A stretch of DNA of 62,384 nucleotides, filler included. It is 5 parts of 5 records of this genome, joined end to end, with 100 filler letters (N's around TTAATTAATTAA, not from the genome) between each part and the next. Parts side by side here need not be neighbours in the genome. Positions count along the whole stretch, not along the records: positions 14,563 to 36,276 come from SRR31147125_17047; 4 more parts are not named here. One strand, 5' to 3'. Each line of letters starts with the position of its first letter. Within the stretch, counting starts at the first letter, position 1. Shown here piece after piece: positions 21,212-33,822 of the stretch. Made by a program: the position numbers and the translations under genes. The notes under the pieces are model-generated. The model was given only the letters and a program-made list of their open reading frames with translations. It made no database searches and was not told the origin of the DNA.

Positions 21212-21234
21212 AAGTATCCGTTTTTTGGACTTGT

Positions 21235-21262
21235 GCCCCGTATTATTACGGGGCTTTTTTTT
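21235..21262 (+). terminator. Rho-independent terminator
   Basis: GCCCCGTA-TTAT-TACGGGGC followed by a T-run. Confidence 0.85.
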
Positions 21263-21340
21263 GTTCTTTTTAAAAGTCAGTCCATACAAAGTGCTTGATT
21301 TTGTTGGTAAATTAAACTATGTTATTTTGATTTTGTTAAT

Positions 21341-22117
21341 TTGAGGTTGTATTGTCAAGTGATTGAAGAAGAAAGAGTTAATAGGATAAAAAATCAGGGT
21401 AATCTACCATCGCATATCGCTATTATCATGGATGGTAATGGTAGGTGGGCAAAAGCCCGTGGCTTACCACGAGTTGAGGGCCATAAAAAGGGTGTTGATT
21501 CCGTACGGGCTGTTGTTGAAGCTGCCGGTCAACTGGAAATTAAAGCTTTAACATTATACGCCTTTTCCTCTGAAAACTGGTCCCGCCCGAAGAGTGAGGT
21601 TTCTGCACTCATGTCTTTGCTTGTTCGGACTATAAAAAATGAAGTGGCTGATTTAGATAAAAATAACGTTCGGCTCACAGTAATTGGAAATTTAGATGCA
21701 CTTCCGCTGGCGCCCAGGCTTGGAGTCAAAAACACTATTGCAAGACTCGAGAAAAATACAGGACTTGTGCTTAATCTGGCTTTGAGCTACAGTGGCAGAC
21801 AAGAAATTGTTCAAGCTGTTAAACGTATCAGCAGAAAGGTGCTTGAAGGGGAGGTAGATTTAAAGTCTATTGATGAATCTCTTGTTAGTGAATATATGCA
21901 AACCAGAACAATTGGTGATCCGGATCTTCTTATCAGGACAAGTGGAGAGATGCGGATCAGTAATTTTTTACTGTGGCAAATGGCTTATACTGAGATTTAC
22001 ATTACAAAAAAATTGTGGCCTGAATTTGGTCATTCTGATTTTTTGGATGCCATTGAATCTTACCAAAACAGGGAAAGACGATTTGGCAAGGTCAGTGAGC
22101 AACTTGTTAATAATTAA
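21341..22117 (+). CDS. uppS: Undecaprenyl diphosphate synthase
   Basis: HIAIIMDGNGRWA, YAFSSENWSRP, DPDLLIRTSGE.RISNFLLWQ. Confidence 0.95.
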   Translation: MRLYCQVIEEERVNRIKNQGNLPSHIAIIMDGNGRWAKARGLPRVEGHKKGVDSVRAVVEAAGQLEIKALTLYAFSSENWSRPKSEVSALMSLLVRTIKNEVADLDKNNVRLTVIGNLDALPLAPRLGVKNTIARLEKNTGLVLNLALSYSGRQEIVQAVKRISRKVLEGEVDLKSIDESLVSEYMQTRTIGDPDLLIRTSGEMRISNFLLWQMAYTEIYITKKLWPEFGHSDFLDAIESYQNRERRFGKVSEQLVNN

Positions 22118-22255
22118 TTGACGGAATGGCACAGTACAACAATTTATTAAATAAATACTAAACCTTGATGTCTTTATCTCCAGGTTATATAGCGTTCCAT
22201 AGTACAAAATAGGTGGAACACAATGCAAAATAACTGGTATAAAGTGTAGGAAATA

Positions 22256-22284
22256 AAAAGGCGGGTGTGTAATATCCGCCTTTT
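22256..22284. terminator. Probable terminator hairpin
   Basis: AAAAGGCGGGT...ATCCGCCTTTT. Confidence 0.65.
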
Positions 22285-22327
22285 CGATTTTCTGTTAATT
22301 ATTAAAGTGATTTTATTCAGGTAAATA

Positions 22328-25300
22328 TTGAAAAGACGTCGTTGGGTTCTCTATTTAGCCTTTTTGATAACAAGCATCGTAATTGTTTCATATTATGCAT
22401 TGAGAATTGTCAGGGCTAATGAGAGAATCAAAAAATTTCTCGTAACTGAAATGCAGCAGGTTTTTGGCGAATCAAGTGATATCCAAAAGGTCCGGGTAAG
22501 CATAAACAGAATCCATTTGAAAAGTGTTTATTTTCCCCTGCCTGATGCACAATTATCCTTGTTTATAGATGATCTACGTATTGGATATAATTTTTTCGAT
22601 TTATTAATACGTGGATTTGATCCGCGCAAAATTTCTCCGGATCTTTTGGCTGTTCATCCCAGGCTCGAAATATTTCAATTGCCAGCCGATTCCACGATAA
22701 GGGAGGAACGCGCGAAAATCAATTTGCAGGAACTTGAAGGCAAGTATGAACATAATATAAAACAGCTTGGCAATCTTCGTCGCCTCGTCGTCGACAATGG
22801 GGAGATCTTTTTAAATAATGAGCAAAATCAACGATACCAGCTGGCTAAAGGGATAAAAGGTTTGCTCATTCCTGAATCTGCAGATTCCATTCAAATCGTC
22901 ATGTCAGGTAATCTGTTTTCCTCACAAAAAGAAAATTTGTTCATTCACGGCAAAGCTGATTTGACCAGAGGTATAATTGCTTATGCGGAAGTAGAGCTGG
23001 AAGATTATGCTCTGGACGAGCAATTTTCTGCTCTTTTTAAGAATTTTATTCAATTTTCCGGTGGAAAACTGGATGGGCTTTTAAGGCTCTCTCGTTCTAA
23101 AATATTAGCTGAACGTTTCGATTTAAATGGTCGTTTGCAGATCAAAGACACCAATGCAAATATTTTAAATGAAATTTTGACAATTGAGAAATTAAAACTA
23201 TCTGCCATTGTCAAAGACTGGAATGTTTTTCTGGAAGAATCAACTCAAATTGTTAACGGGGCAAAAGTGAAAGTGGGAGGGGGTGTCAAAAATATTCTCA
23301 ATCCCCAACTGGATATTGATTTGAGTGTGAATTCATTAGATCTGAGCAATTTCAGGCCGATTTTAAATCAAAGTATCGTTGATGATATAAAAGGAAAAGT
23401 GAATTCTCATATATCCATTACCGGTCCTGCAACAAATCCACATTTTTCTGCTCAGCTTAAATCCGATCGAATTTTTGTCTTTGATCAACCTGTTTCAGAT
23501 CTAGTCATAGCAGCAGATTATGAAAAGGATATTCTAAGTATAAAAAAATGGCAAACTAATTTTGCCTATAATATGATCGATCTAAAGGCTCGTGTTGATT
23601 TATCCAAATCAACGGATAATGTGGGTGGCACAATATCTGTCAATGGTGACATCTTGCCCCTTGTTGAAAATGTGGCAACCGATACTTTAAAAGCATGCCC
23701 AACCTGGCTACAAGCAGACATTTCCGGTTCCCTTGAGAATCCCACTTTTTTCGGTGATGTGGGCATGGCTGTCGTAACAAAAACGAACGATTCTTTAAAA
23801 ACCAGAGCTGAATTCGCTCTGCAAAATCGAAAAGCGACATTCACATCCGTTGCAGGAAATGAATCCCCAGGTATTTTGGGACGAATTGATTTTAATACCC
23901 AATCACCACAGTTTAATTTCTCTTTCTCCAAATTTCAACCTGCTTTTTACTCTCTTTTCAATATACCTCAGGAAAGCTACCTGCAAAACAATACGGAATT
24001 ATCGGCCAATATTGCTGGTAATTTGGAAGAGTTTGATGTTGATTTAAACCTATCCAAAGTTGAAAAAGGCTATTTTATTAACCGTTTAGTGGCCTTGAAT
24101 GGAACAGTACGTAATAATAAGAACGGCTGGCTAAGCCGGGGAATAGTAAAATTTCATCCAAATTCATCCTTTGAAATGGAAGGTTATTTTCATTTAGTCA
24201 AGGAGGGGGACACTCTATCGGTAAAGAGAATATCTCTTGAGAATGATTTTTTAGCTACCGCTACCATAAATTTGTCCGATACCACAAATAAATGTGTGGA
24301 CGGACATATGACTTTTTCAAATTTGCAGACATCCCGCCTGTTTGGTTTGCCGGATTCGGTTTTTCAGGAAACCTGGAAGGGCTTGTTGAATTAACAGGTA
24401 CCAGACAAAAGCCGCAAATTTATGGGAATTTGATGTTGCAGGATGTGAATTTCAATCAGAGTGGGGATTTTGGCGGCGAGTTCTCTTTTGCTTATGATAG
24501 TTTGGGATTTTCTGTCAAAAAATTTGAATTAACATCTCAGAATGTAGAACAAATTGCCGTCGATGGCGGATATGATAAAAGCGGATTGGACTTTTCCATA
24601 AAGGGGGATGGATTGGATATGAAATCGATCTCTGCTGTCTCATCCAAATTTTTGACAACAACAGGGCGTGGTCACGTCGATATAAATATTTCGGGATCTT
24701 TTCAACAACCGGAAATTATTGGTAGTATCGGAATTATGGATGGAAGCATGCTTCACATTCCTTTTGATGAATTGGAATTAAGTATTGGTAAGCAACCCAT
24801 TCATGTGCTATCATATCAACCATTGAAAAAACCTTTACTGTATTTTGATGATATTAAACTGGTTCGTCATAATGATTTCGAAATGCATGGGATCGGTTTT
24901 TTACCAATTAATTTAAATGATAGTCTTGATATTCAAATTGAGGGTAAGGGTGATTTCCTCAGCTTACTCGGCGATGTGTCTTCCTTTTTTAAGAATTCTT
25001 CCAGTAACGGGCGGTTATCAGCCAGGTTAAATGGGACTTTTGAAGAACCTTCTATACAGGACGCCAAGATCCATTTTACCGGTGGCATAATGGAATTTGG
25101 CTCTGTGATTCCTAAAATTACTGAAGTTTCAGGGGATATTGAGTTCGAGCCTGCCAATCAGTTTGTTCATATTCACCAGTTGGAAGGAAAAATGGGTGGG
25201 CGGGATTTTCGAATTTCTAACAGTCTCTCCAATCCTGGTATGGCTTCAAGACAACTTGAAGATCTTGAATTTGGGGATGATGGAATAAATTTTGGTGTCA

Positions 25301-26481
25301 CAAGCTTTGAGACCTCAGAAGAGGGAGTACCGCTAAATATCCTCGGATTAATGGAGCGGGATGTGTATGGTCATTTGCAATTGTTTGGTCGGACGGATAA
25401 GGAAATGTTCTATTTTGCCGGGCCTACGGATCGTCCAACATTACGCGGAAATATAAACCTGAAAAAATTTCGTTTCATGTTTCCATTTGATGGGGGTGGC
25501 TCTGAACCCAATGAATTCATTATGAATTTGTTGATGAATATGGAATGGGATATTGGTTGTCGGGCAGTTGAAGATGTGAGGTATGTGAATACCCTGCCAG
25601 GTGCCATTGATAATGTCTATGTGAATCTACAGATGGATGAGAAATACGGTGGTTTGGATTTTCAGGGGCAGATGAATGATGAAACATTTCGTATAATTGG
25701 TGAAGCACGTTCTACAACTGGCCTGATAGAATATCTGGATATGGAATTTCGTATGGATCATGCTTTTGTGGAATTTGATAAAAGTGATTTGATACCCGTC
25801 GTTTCAGGACAGGCGAGGACGACTGTAACAGATACCCTGGGTATATCGTCGCAAATATTTTTGACAGTTCAGACTACTGATGAGACAATGGATGAAAAGC
25901 AGGTTGACGATAATGTGCTGCAAAATAAAGCCAGAGGCCGGTGGACGGATATTCAATTCAAGTTATCCACTGATAATCCAAATCTGGGCAACACTGAAGC
26001 TCAGATATTGGCCTCCCTGGGATATTCTACTGAAAATCTGTCTACAAAGGCTTTTGACGCCATTGGCATAGGAACTGAAAATTATCTGTTTAGACCGCTT
26101 TATAGACCTGTAGAACGAAAACTTGAAAAGGTTTTTGGATTGGATTATATTCGCTTTAGTTCCAGATTTACCCGAAATCTCCTGGCCCTTAATTTAAATC
26201 ATAGTACCAGAACGGCTAACAAGTTATCGCTTCTGAGAAGCACAAAGCTTGTTTTTGGGAAATTTTTAACGAATCAGCTCTTTTTTCAATATACCGGCCA
26301 GATCGAAGCTGGCCTGGATTATCAATATCAGGAGAAAGGACTCGGATTGCGACATACTTTTGCCGTGGATTATAAAATAAATCCGCAATTAATGTTGGAA
26401 CTTGAATATGATTACAATAGTTTGATAATAGTCAATAAGGATGACACTCGAATTGTTTTGCGACACTGGTTTCCTTTCTAA
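22328..26481 (+). CDS. AsmA/TamB-like translocation protein, split by one frameshift near 24360-24364
   Basis: ORFs 22328-24394 and 24292-26481 join if one T is added to the T5 run; repeated G..I.G....P beta-taco motifs; lies upstream of bamA. Confidence 0.7.
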
Positions 26482-26584
26482 TATCAAATGTATATTTTGT
26501 CAAATAAATGAGGTCCTGGATATTTTTCTTTACAAAGTGATTAAAATTTATTAAATTATACGACGTCTTAAAAAAAGGTGAATA

Positions 26585-28899
26585 ATGACTTCTCGATTTC
26601 GGACAGTAAATTTCATTTTTATGGTTATACTATGTTTTACATCCATTCAGTATGCCCAAAATCGTACAGTTCGTGTATTAGGTGTCTCTGTTGAGGGAAA
26701 TAAAACAACAGATGCCAATATGGTTCGGTTGAGTTCTGGCATGAATGCTGGTACTGAAATTACGGCTGATGGACTTCAGGATGCCATTCGTCAATTATGG
26801 CGTTTGGATTTATTTAATGATATTCAGATATTAGTAGACAGGCAATTGGCTGAGGGTGTCTATTTAACTATAAAGGTGGAAGAATACCCCCGTTTAGAGA
26901 GTGTTGAACTGTCTGGAAATAAAAAGATTAAAAAAGATGACATTGATGAAATGTTGAATTTTTATTCCGGACAGGCCATTAGTCCGACTATATTGAGCCG
27001 TTCGAAAATGAAATTGTTAGATAAATATAAAGAAAAGGGCTATTTACTGGCAAAGATCGACACGAAAATAGTACCGGGTAAAACAGATTCAAGTAAGGTA
27101 ATTGTTAGATTCCTGTTTGAAGAGGGAAAAAAAGTACAAATAAAAAAGATTCAGTTCTTTGGTAATTACGCCTTTAATGATAAGAAACTTCGCAAACAAT
27201 TTAAGGAAACGAAAGAAGATACATGGTGGCGTGGTGCCGATTTTAAAAAAGATGAATATCGCGATGACCTGGAAAAGCTACTTGATTTTTATCGTAATGA
27301 AGGATTTCGTGACGCAGAGGTATTGAAAGATTCTCTTTATTACAATGAAGAGAAGAAAGATATGTTTATCGATATTTGGGTTTTTGAAGGACCCCGGTAT
27401 AAATTCGGTGACATAACCTGGGAAGGCAATAAACTCTTTGAAGAAGAAGTGCTTGCCGGGACAGTTGGCTTTGAAAAAGGGGATACCTATAGCAAAGAGA
27501 AATTAGACAAAGCCATATTTGAAAAAATTGGCAGTCTCTATTACGACAGGGGATATATTTACTCATCTGTATCGCCAAGGGAAATATTGGATGAAGATGA
27601 GGAATTGGATATTCATTTTATTGTTTCAGAGGGACCTCAGGCTAAAATTAATGAAATCCGAATTTCCGGCAATACAAAGACAAAAGAAAAAGTTGTCAGG
27701 CGTGAATTACGCATTTATCCGGGTAGTACATTTAGCAGAGCTCTTTTGGAAAGAAGTCAGCGTGAAGTATGGATGCTCAATTATTTTGCCAATGTTGTTC
27801 CGGATGTGAAGCCCAGTTATGATGATCAGGAAAAAGTGGATCTTGAATTTAAAGTTGAAGAGAAATCCACAGATACTGCGAATATGTCAGCCGGATGGAG
27901 TGAGCGTGATAAGCTAATTGGAAGCCTGGGTGTTGCCATGGCTAATCTGTTTGGCAACGGTCAGCGATTGAGTTTTGATTGGAGTTTTGGACGATATTAT
28001 CGCTCCTTTAATGTGAGTTTTTCTGAACCATGGCTTTTGGATTCGCCGACATTGGCTGGATTCAGTTTTTATGATACCCATCGTGATGCCAGTTATTATG
28101 GGTATGAACAAGGAAGCCGCGGTTTTTCGGTTCGTTTGGGTCGTCGGTTTCGTTGGCCGGATAACTTTTTCGGGGTGATTGGATTTATGGGCTGGATGAA
28201 ACGAATTTATCCAATTTTGATGATTTTCTTATCGATAATAATTATAGTATCACCAAGCAGGAATGGCCCTTAACAAGTAGTACTATTACCCAGATTATAT
28301 CCAGAAATAGTCTGGACAGACCGGAATTTCCAACATCCGGCTCAGAATTTGCTTTCTCAAGTGAATTAGCTGGTGTCTTTTTAGGCGGAAATGTGGATTA
28401 TCATAAGCATACCCTCAAAATGGATTGGTTTACACCTTCATTTTGGAATCTTGTTTTATATACCAGCTTTCAGGGCGGCTATATGGAGGTGCTGGGAGAA
28501 GAAGATAATATTCTTTATACAGAACTGTTTTACATGGGTGGTGCAGGAATGTCCAGATCCATTCCACTTCGAGGATATGAGGATCCGTTGTCTAATCGGG
28601 TATACCTTAATGAAGGTGGAAGAACGATGCTTAAATACCAAGCTGAGCTTCGCATTCCAATTGCACCTAATCCAACCATATTTGCACTCCTTTTTGCTGA
28701 TGCAGGAAATACCTGGCCCACTTTTAAATCTATGGATCCTTTTAAGTTGAGAAGATCAATGGGATTTGGCGCTCGCGTTTACATGCCAATGATTGGAATT
28801 ATCGGATTTGATTATGGTTATGGGTTTGATCGTGTAGATACGAATGGTGATCCCGATCCTAAATGGAAAATGCATTTTGTTTTTGGTAAAAGTTTTTAA
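26585..28899 (+). CDS. bamA: Outer membrane protein assembly factor BamA, split by a frameshift at 28166-28170
   Basis: POTRA repeats (GNKKIK, GNTKTKEKVVRRE), NLFGNGQ, IPLRGY, terminal F; adding one base gives DNFFRGDWIY... continuous into the 28393-28899 ORF. Confidence 0.93.
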
Positions 28900-28945
28900 A
28901 CTAATCACTTATTATATTGAATTAACGCTCTTATAGGAGGCGCAC

Positions 28946-29500
28946 GTGAAAAAGCAAAATATTCTTGCAATGGTTTTAATTGCATGTTTGGTCATGTTAA
29001 CAATGCCAATTGGTGTTTTCGCCCAAAAGCTTGCTTATGTCAATTCACAAAGAATAATTGCATCGTTTAAAGAGGCACAGGATGCCCAGGAAAGCCTGGA
29101 TAAAATAAATAAGGAATGGGAAGATGAAGCCCGGGAAATGCAGAAACAACTCCAGGAACAAGGAGAAGCATTGGAATCCCAAAGCCTTTTGCTTAGCGAA
29201 GAACGTAAGCAGGAAAAAACGCAGGAATTGCAAAGCCTTTATTTGAAAATGCAAAAATTCCAAAATGATAAATGGGGCCAAAACGGCGAGCTTTATAAAA
29301 AGAACCAGGAAATTATGGCTCCTGTCATTGAAAAAGTAAATAAAGCCATTAAAAAAGTGGGTGAAGAAGAAGGATATGATTATATCTTTGATACTATAGC
29401 TGGAAATATCTTGTATGCCAGCCCAAGCCAAACAGATCTGACGGATCTGGTATTGGAAGAGTTGGAAAAGGGTTTGGAAGCTAAAAGCACTGGTCGTTAA
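28946..29500 (+). CDS. skp: OmpH/Skp periplasmic chaperone
   Basis: Signal peptide, KLAYVNSQRI, coiled coil, GYDYIFD..DLT; sits between bamA and lpxD. Confidence 0.92.
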   Translation: MKKQNILAMVLIACLVMLTMPIGVFAQKLAYVNSQRIIASFKEAQDAQESLDKINKEWEDEAREMQKQLQEQGEALESQSLLLSEERKQEKTQELQSLYLKMQKFQNDKWGQNGELYKKNQEIMAPVIEKVNKAIKKVGEEEGYDYIFDTIAGNILYASPSQTDLTDLVLEELEKGLEAKSTGR

Positions 29501-29529
29501 TCTGGAATATTTTAAGTTGAGGTAAATTC

Positions 29530-30567
29530 ATGCCATTTCGTCTTGCCGAGATTGCGAGTTTGATAGGAGGCAAGGTTGATGGGGATGATTCCATCGTTAT
29601 TGATGGCCTGGCTAAAATTGAAGATGCTCAGTCAGGCCAAATAACCTTTATTGCAAATCCCAAATATGCTAAATTTATAGATGATACACAAGCATCAGCT
29701 ATATTGGTTGATTTAGAATTTAGGGAATGTGATAAAACACTTGTGAGAGTAAAGGATCCCTATTTTGCTTTTCTTACTCTCCTGGAGCATTTCCACAAAG
29801 AGTCGTTACCTGTTGAAAAGGGAGTACATCCATCAGCCGTTATCTGTGAAGGTGCGGAGCTGGGAGAAGATGTTTCTATAGCTCCGTTTGTTTATGTCGG
29901 ACGGAACTGTGTCATTGGGCGTGGAACTCAATTACATCCTGGCGTGGTTCTTGAAGATGATGTTCACATCGGAGATTCATGTACACTGTATTCCAATATA
30001 AGTGTTCGTGAAGGATGTAAAATCAAAAACCATGTTATTGTCCAGATGGGCGCTGTCATTGGCTCTGATGGTTTTGGATTTGCTTTTCATAATGGTAAAT
30101 ATCATAAAATTCCCCAGACCGGAATAGTTGTCATAGAAGATGATGTTGAAATTGGTGCCAATACAACAATCGATCGGGCAACTATGGGGGAGACTGTTAT
30201 ACGCCGTGGCACTAAAATTGATAATCTTTGCCAGATTGCTCACAATGTCATTGTTGGAGAGCATACTGTTATTGCGGCACAAGCAGGTATTTCTGGAAGC
30301 ACCAAAATTGGAAATAATGTAAAATTGGGTGGGCAGGCAGGATTAGTCGGACATATTGAAATTGGAGACAATTCTATTGTAGGTGCACAATCCGGCGTTA
30401 TGACATCCGTAAAACCTGGTGAATTCGTTTTTGGAACGCCATCCAAAGGACATATAAAAACGAAACGTGAAGAGGTAAGTTTAGCCAAACTTCCGGATCT
30501 TATGAAAAGATTTAAAGCGTTGGAAAAGCAAGTCATCGAACTGAGACAGAAACTAGAAGAGAAATAA
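29530..30567 (+). CDS. lpxD: UDP-3-O-acylglucosamine N-acyltransferase
   Basis: Hexapeptide repeats, IGSDGFGF, KIPQTG, IGANTTIDR, KIDNLCQIAHN. Confidence 0.96.
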   Translation: MPFRLAEIASLIGGKVDGDDSIVIDGLAKIEDAQSGQITFIANPKYAKFIDDTQASAILVDLEFRECDKTLVRVKDPYFAFLTLLEHFHKESLPVEKGVHPSAVICEGAELGEDVSIAPFVYVGRNCVIGRGTQLHPGVVLEDDVHIGDSCTLYSNISVREGCKIKNHVIVQMGAVIGSDGFGFAFHNGKYHKIPQTGIVVIEDDVEIGANTTIDRATMGETVIRRGTKIDNLCQIAHNVIVGEHTVIAAQAGISGSTKIGNNVKLGGQAGLVGHIEIGDNSIVGAQSGVMTSVKPGEFVFGTPSKGHIKTKREEVSLAKLPDLMKRFKALEKQVIELRQKLEEK

Positions 30568-30682
30568 AGTCCTTTCATAAAAGCATACCAATGTTCCTTT
30601 CATGCCAAAGTGGCCATGCTAGCCGAGGGAATTCTTCACTTTGCACTTTTTATATTAATAAGCCTATAGTTCAGGAGGTTTA

Positions 30683-32080
30683 ATGTTAAAAAATCAGCAG
30701 ACAATCAAACAGGCCGTATCTTACGCCGGAGTCGGTTTACATACAGGTAATAGCACCAAAATCACTTTCAAGCCAGCACCGGCAAACTCTGGAATACTTT
30801 TTAAGAGAGTCGATATTCCGGACAGTCCTGTTATTCCAGCGGATGTAGATCACGTCATCGATATTTCCCGGGGTACGACTATTGGTATCGGTGAGGTTAA
30901 AATTCATACCGTGGAACATGTTCTTGCTGCCATTAGCGGATTGGAAATTGACAATGTCATTTGTGAAGTCGAAGAGAATGAGCCTCCGGTAGGTGACGGA
31001 AGTGCCTTGCCTTTTGTGGAAATATTGTTAAAATCAGGATTTGTTGAACAAGACTCTCCGCGTGATTATCTTATTATTGATAAAACCATCGCTTATTCCG
31101 ATCCGGAACGCGGTGTTGATATAGTTGTTTTTCCATCAGATGAGTTCCGTATTACTTTTATGGTGGATTACCAAAATCCTGCACTGGGTACTCAATATAC
31201 ATCCATGTATTCACTGCATGAGGAATTTGCTACTGAATTTGCAGCATGCAGAACATTTAGCTTTTTATCAGAGATCGAGGAATTATGGAAAGCTGGCCTT
31301 ATTAAGGGCGGTAGCCTTGATAATGCTGTTGTTATTATTGATCGGGATATGAAAGATCAGGAATTGGCAGATTTAAGAAAATTATTTGGTATTGATGAAA
31401 AAGTTACTCTATCAAATAATGGTATATTAAATGGAAAAGAATTACGTTATCCCAATGAACCATGTCGACATAAAGCACTGGATTTAATCGGTGATCTGGC
31501 TCTCCTGGGTGTGCCTTTAAAAGCTCATATTATGGCTGCACGATCTGGTCATGGTGCCAATGCAGAATTGGTCAAATTGATACGTAAAGAATATAAGAAA
31601 AAACTTATTAAATCAAAATTTCAGGTTCAGAGTGGCCAGGGTGTTGTTCTTGATAACGAAGCTATCATGAAAATATTACCCCATCGGTATCCATTTTTAT
31701 TAGTTGACAAAATAATAGATCTTGTTCCACAGGAACATGTGGTTGGTATAAAGTCTGTAACAGCAAATGAACCCTTTTTTCAAGGGCATTTTCCTGGAAA
31801 ACCGGTTATGCCAGGTGTTCTTATTGTAGAAGCTATGGCTCAGGTTGGTGGGATTATGCTGCTTAATTCTGAAGAAGATCCTGCTCAAAAACTGGTACTT
31901 TTCACCGGGATCAATAATGTCCGTTTCCGTAAGCAAATTGTACCTGGAGATACTATTCGTTTCGAAGTGGAAATGAGCGCTTTTAGAAGGTCTATGTGTA
32001 AAATGTATGGAAGAGCCTATGTAGATAATGAACTTGCCTGTGAAGCGGAATTAATGGCTGCAATTGTTGAAAAATCATAG
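30683..32080 (+). CDS. lpxC: Bifunctional LpxC-FabZ fusion
   Basis: GVGLHTG, TVEHVLAA, HKALDLIGDL (LpxC) followed by LPHRYPFLLVD, FFQGHFP, PGVLIVEAMAQ (FabZ). Confidence 0.95.
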   Translation: MLKNQQTIKQAVSYAGVGLHTGNSTKITFKPAPANSGILFKRVDIPDSPVIPADVDHVIDISRGTTIGIGEVKIHTVEHVLAAISGLEIDNVICEVEENEPPVGDGSALPFVEILLKSGFVEQDSPRDYLIIDKTIAYSDPERGVDIVVFPSDEFRITFMVDYQNPALGTQYTSMYSLHEEFATEFAACRTFSFLSEIEELWKAGLIKGGSLDNAVVIIDRDMKDQELADLRKLFGIDEKVTLSNNGILNGKELRYPNEPCRHKALDLIGDLALLGVPLKAHIMAARSGHGANAELVKLIRKEYKKKLIKSKFQVQSGQGVVLDNEAIMKILPHRYPFLLVDKIIDLVPQEHVVGIKSVTANEPFFQGHFPGKPVMPGVLIVEAMAQVGGIMLLNSEEDPAQKLVLFTGINNVRFRKQIVPGDTIRFEVEMSAFRRSMCKMYGRAYVDNELACEAELMAAIVEKS

Positions 32081-32157
32081 CACATTGATCACAACCAGAC
32101 AGGAATATTTATCTTAATTACTGTAAATTATGATTTTTAGAATAAAAGGATGTAAAG

Positions 32158-32927
32158 TTGACATCTATTCACCCAACAGCCGTTATTGATAAAAATGCTC
32201 AACTGGGATCGGATATTTCGATCGGCCCTTTTTCCATTGTTGAGAAGGACGTGATTATTGGTGATGGTAGCCAGATTGGTTCAAATGTTTTAGTCGCTGA
32301 TGGCGCTCGTATAGGTAAGAACTGTAAGATACACAAAGGAACTGTTGTTGCCAGCATTCCACAGGATTTAAAATTTGGAAATGAAAGTTCTCTTTTTATA
32401 ATTGGTGACAATACAACAATCAGAGAATATTGTACATTGAATCGTGGAACAGAGGCAAGCGGCAAATCTGAAATTGGTGCTAATTGTCTACTTATGGCTT
32501 ATGCTCACGTCGCTCATGATTGTGTTGTCGGGAATAATGTCATCCTGGCAAATGGTGTACAACTTGGTGGGCATGTTGAAATTGACAACTGGGCCATTAT
32601 CGGTGGTATGACCCCTGTTCACCAGTTTTGCAAAGTTGGTCAGCATTGTATGGTGGGGGAGCATACCGTGTTGTTCAGGATGTGCCTCCTTATATCACTG
32701 TTACCGGAGAACCGTTACGCTTTGCCGGTTTAAATTCTATTGGATTAAAACGACTTGGATTCGATTCAGAGACTGTACAGTTGTTGAAAAAAGCCTACAG
32801 GATCCTTTACCGTTCAAAGCTAAACACCTCCCAGGCCACAAGTCGTATTAAGGAGGAGATTGAGCTGAAACCGGAAATACAACACATTATCTCATTTATT
32901 GAGAATTCTAGCCGGGGTATAATATAA
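32158..32927 (+). CDS. lpxA: Acyl-ACP--UDP-GlcNAc O-acyltransferase, split by a frameshift at the G5 run 32655-32659
   Basis: IHPTAVI, PQDLKF, IREYCTLNRGT, HVAHDC; C-terminal QDVPPY..GLN.IGLKR in the shifted frame. Confidence 0.94.
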
Positions 32928-32955
32928 ACTATAAATTTCAGGATCTGCCGAAAAT

Positions 32956-33798
32956 TTGAGAGAACAGGATCAAACCAGGTCGTACTGGCGTTTTATAAAT
33001 TCGGGTTTACAAAACGGTCAGCACAACATGGCTGTTGATGAAGCCATGGCCAGAGCTATATCGGAGCAGAACCAAAACTATCCAACCTTGCGTGTATATG
33101 GATGGAATCCTCCTGCCATTTCACTTGGTTATCACCAATCCATTGATGAAATAAATATTGACCTGTGCCGTCAGGATGGTGTTGATGTTGTTGTAAGGCC
33201 AACGGGAGGCCGGGCAGTATTGCACGCCGATGAGCTGACGTATGCGGTTGTCATCCCGCCAAACTGTCATCATTATAGTCGGGATATAATGACTGTATAT
33301 GAAAAAATAAGCTTAGGTATCGTTGCCGCATTAAATGATTTAAATATTCCGGTTTTATTTGAACGATCGAAAAGAACACCCAAAAATTTTGCTCGTGGAG
33401 AACTTTCCAGTTTATGTTATGCCTCCTCGATACAGCATGAAATTGGCTATCAGGGTAAGAAGCTGGTAGGAAGTGCTCAACGTCGCCTGGGTGATATTAT
33501 TCTTCAGCATGGCTCCATACTCATAGGGCGTAAACATCTTGATATTATAAAATATCTTGCTAAGGGAGATGAAAAATGGAGGCTGGCTGTTCAACGATAT
33601 ATGGAATCTCATACAATTTGTCTAAATGATTTAAACCCTTTTCCTCTCTCTTTTGAACAATTGGCAAAAGCAATGAGGAAAGGATTTGAAAAAGCTTTAA
33701 ATATTGACTTTACTGAGAGTAACCTCTCGCCTGAAGAGAATGCTCTTGTAGATACAATGGAGGGAAATTCTGCCAAAGAGGCACTTCTTCCCGACTGA
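32956..33798 (+). CDS. Lipoate-protein ligase A/LipM-family protein
   Basis: NMAVDEA, LRVYGWNPPAISLGYHQ, VRPTGGRAVLH, KKLVGSAQ, LQHGS. Confidence 0.88.
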   Translation: MREQDQTRSYWRFINSGLQNGQHNMAVDEAMARAISEQNQNYPTLRVYGWNPPAISLGYHQSIDEINIDLCRQDGVDVVVRPTGGRAVLHADELTYAVVIPPNCHHYSRDIMTVYEKISLGIVAALNDLNIPVLFERSKRTPKNFARGELSSLCYASSIQHEIGYQGKKLVGSAQRRLGDIILQHGSILIGRKHLDIIKYLAKGDEKWRLAVQRYMESHTICLNDLNPFPLSFEQLAKAMRKGFEKALNIDFTESNLSPEENALVDTMEGNSAKEALLPD

Positions 33799-33822
33799 AT
33801 CAACTAATTACGGCTACCAGTA

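Noticed and set aside
26585-32927. bamA and lpxA as true pseudogenes or programmed frameshifts
   Set aside because: These are essential genes, otherwise intact, and the breaks fit the homopolymer error pattern seen across contigs
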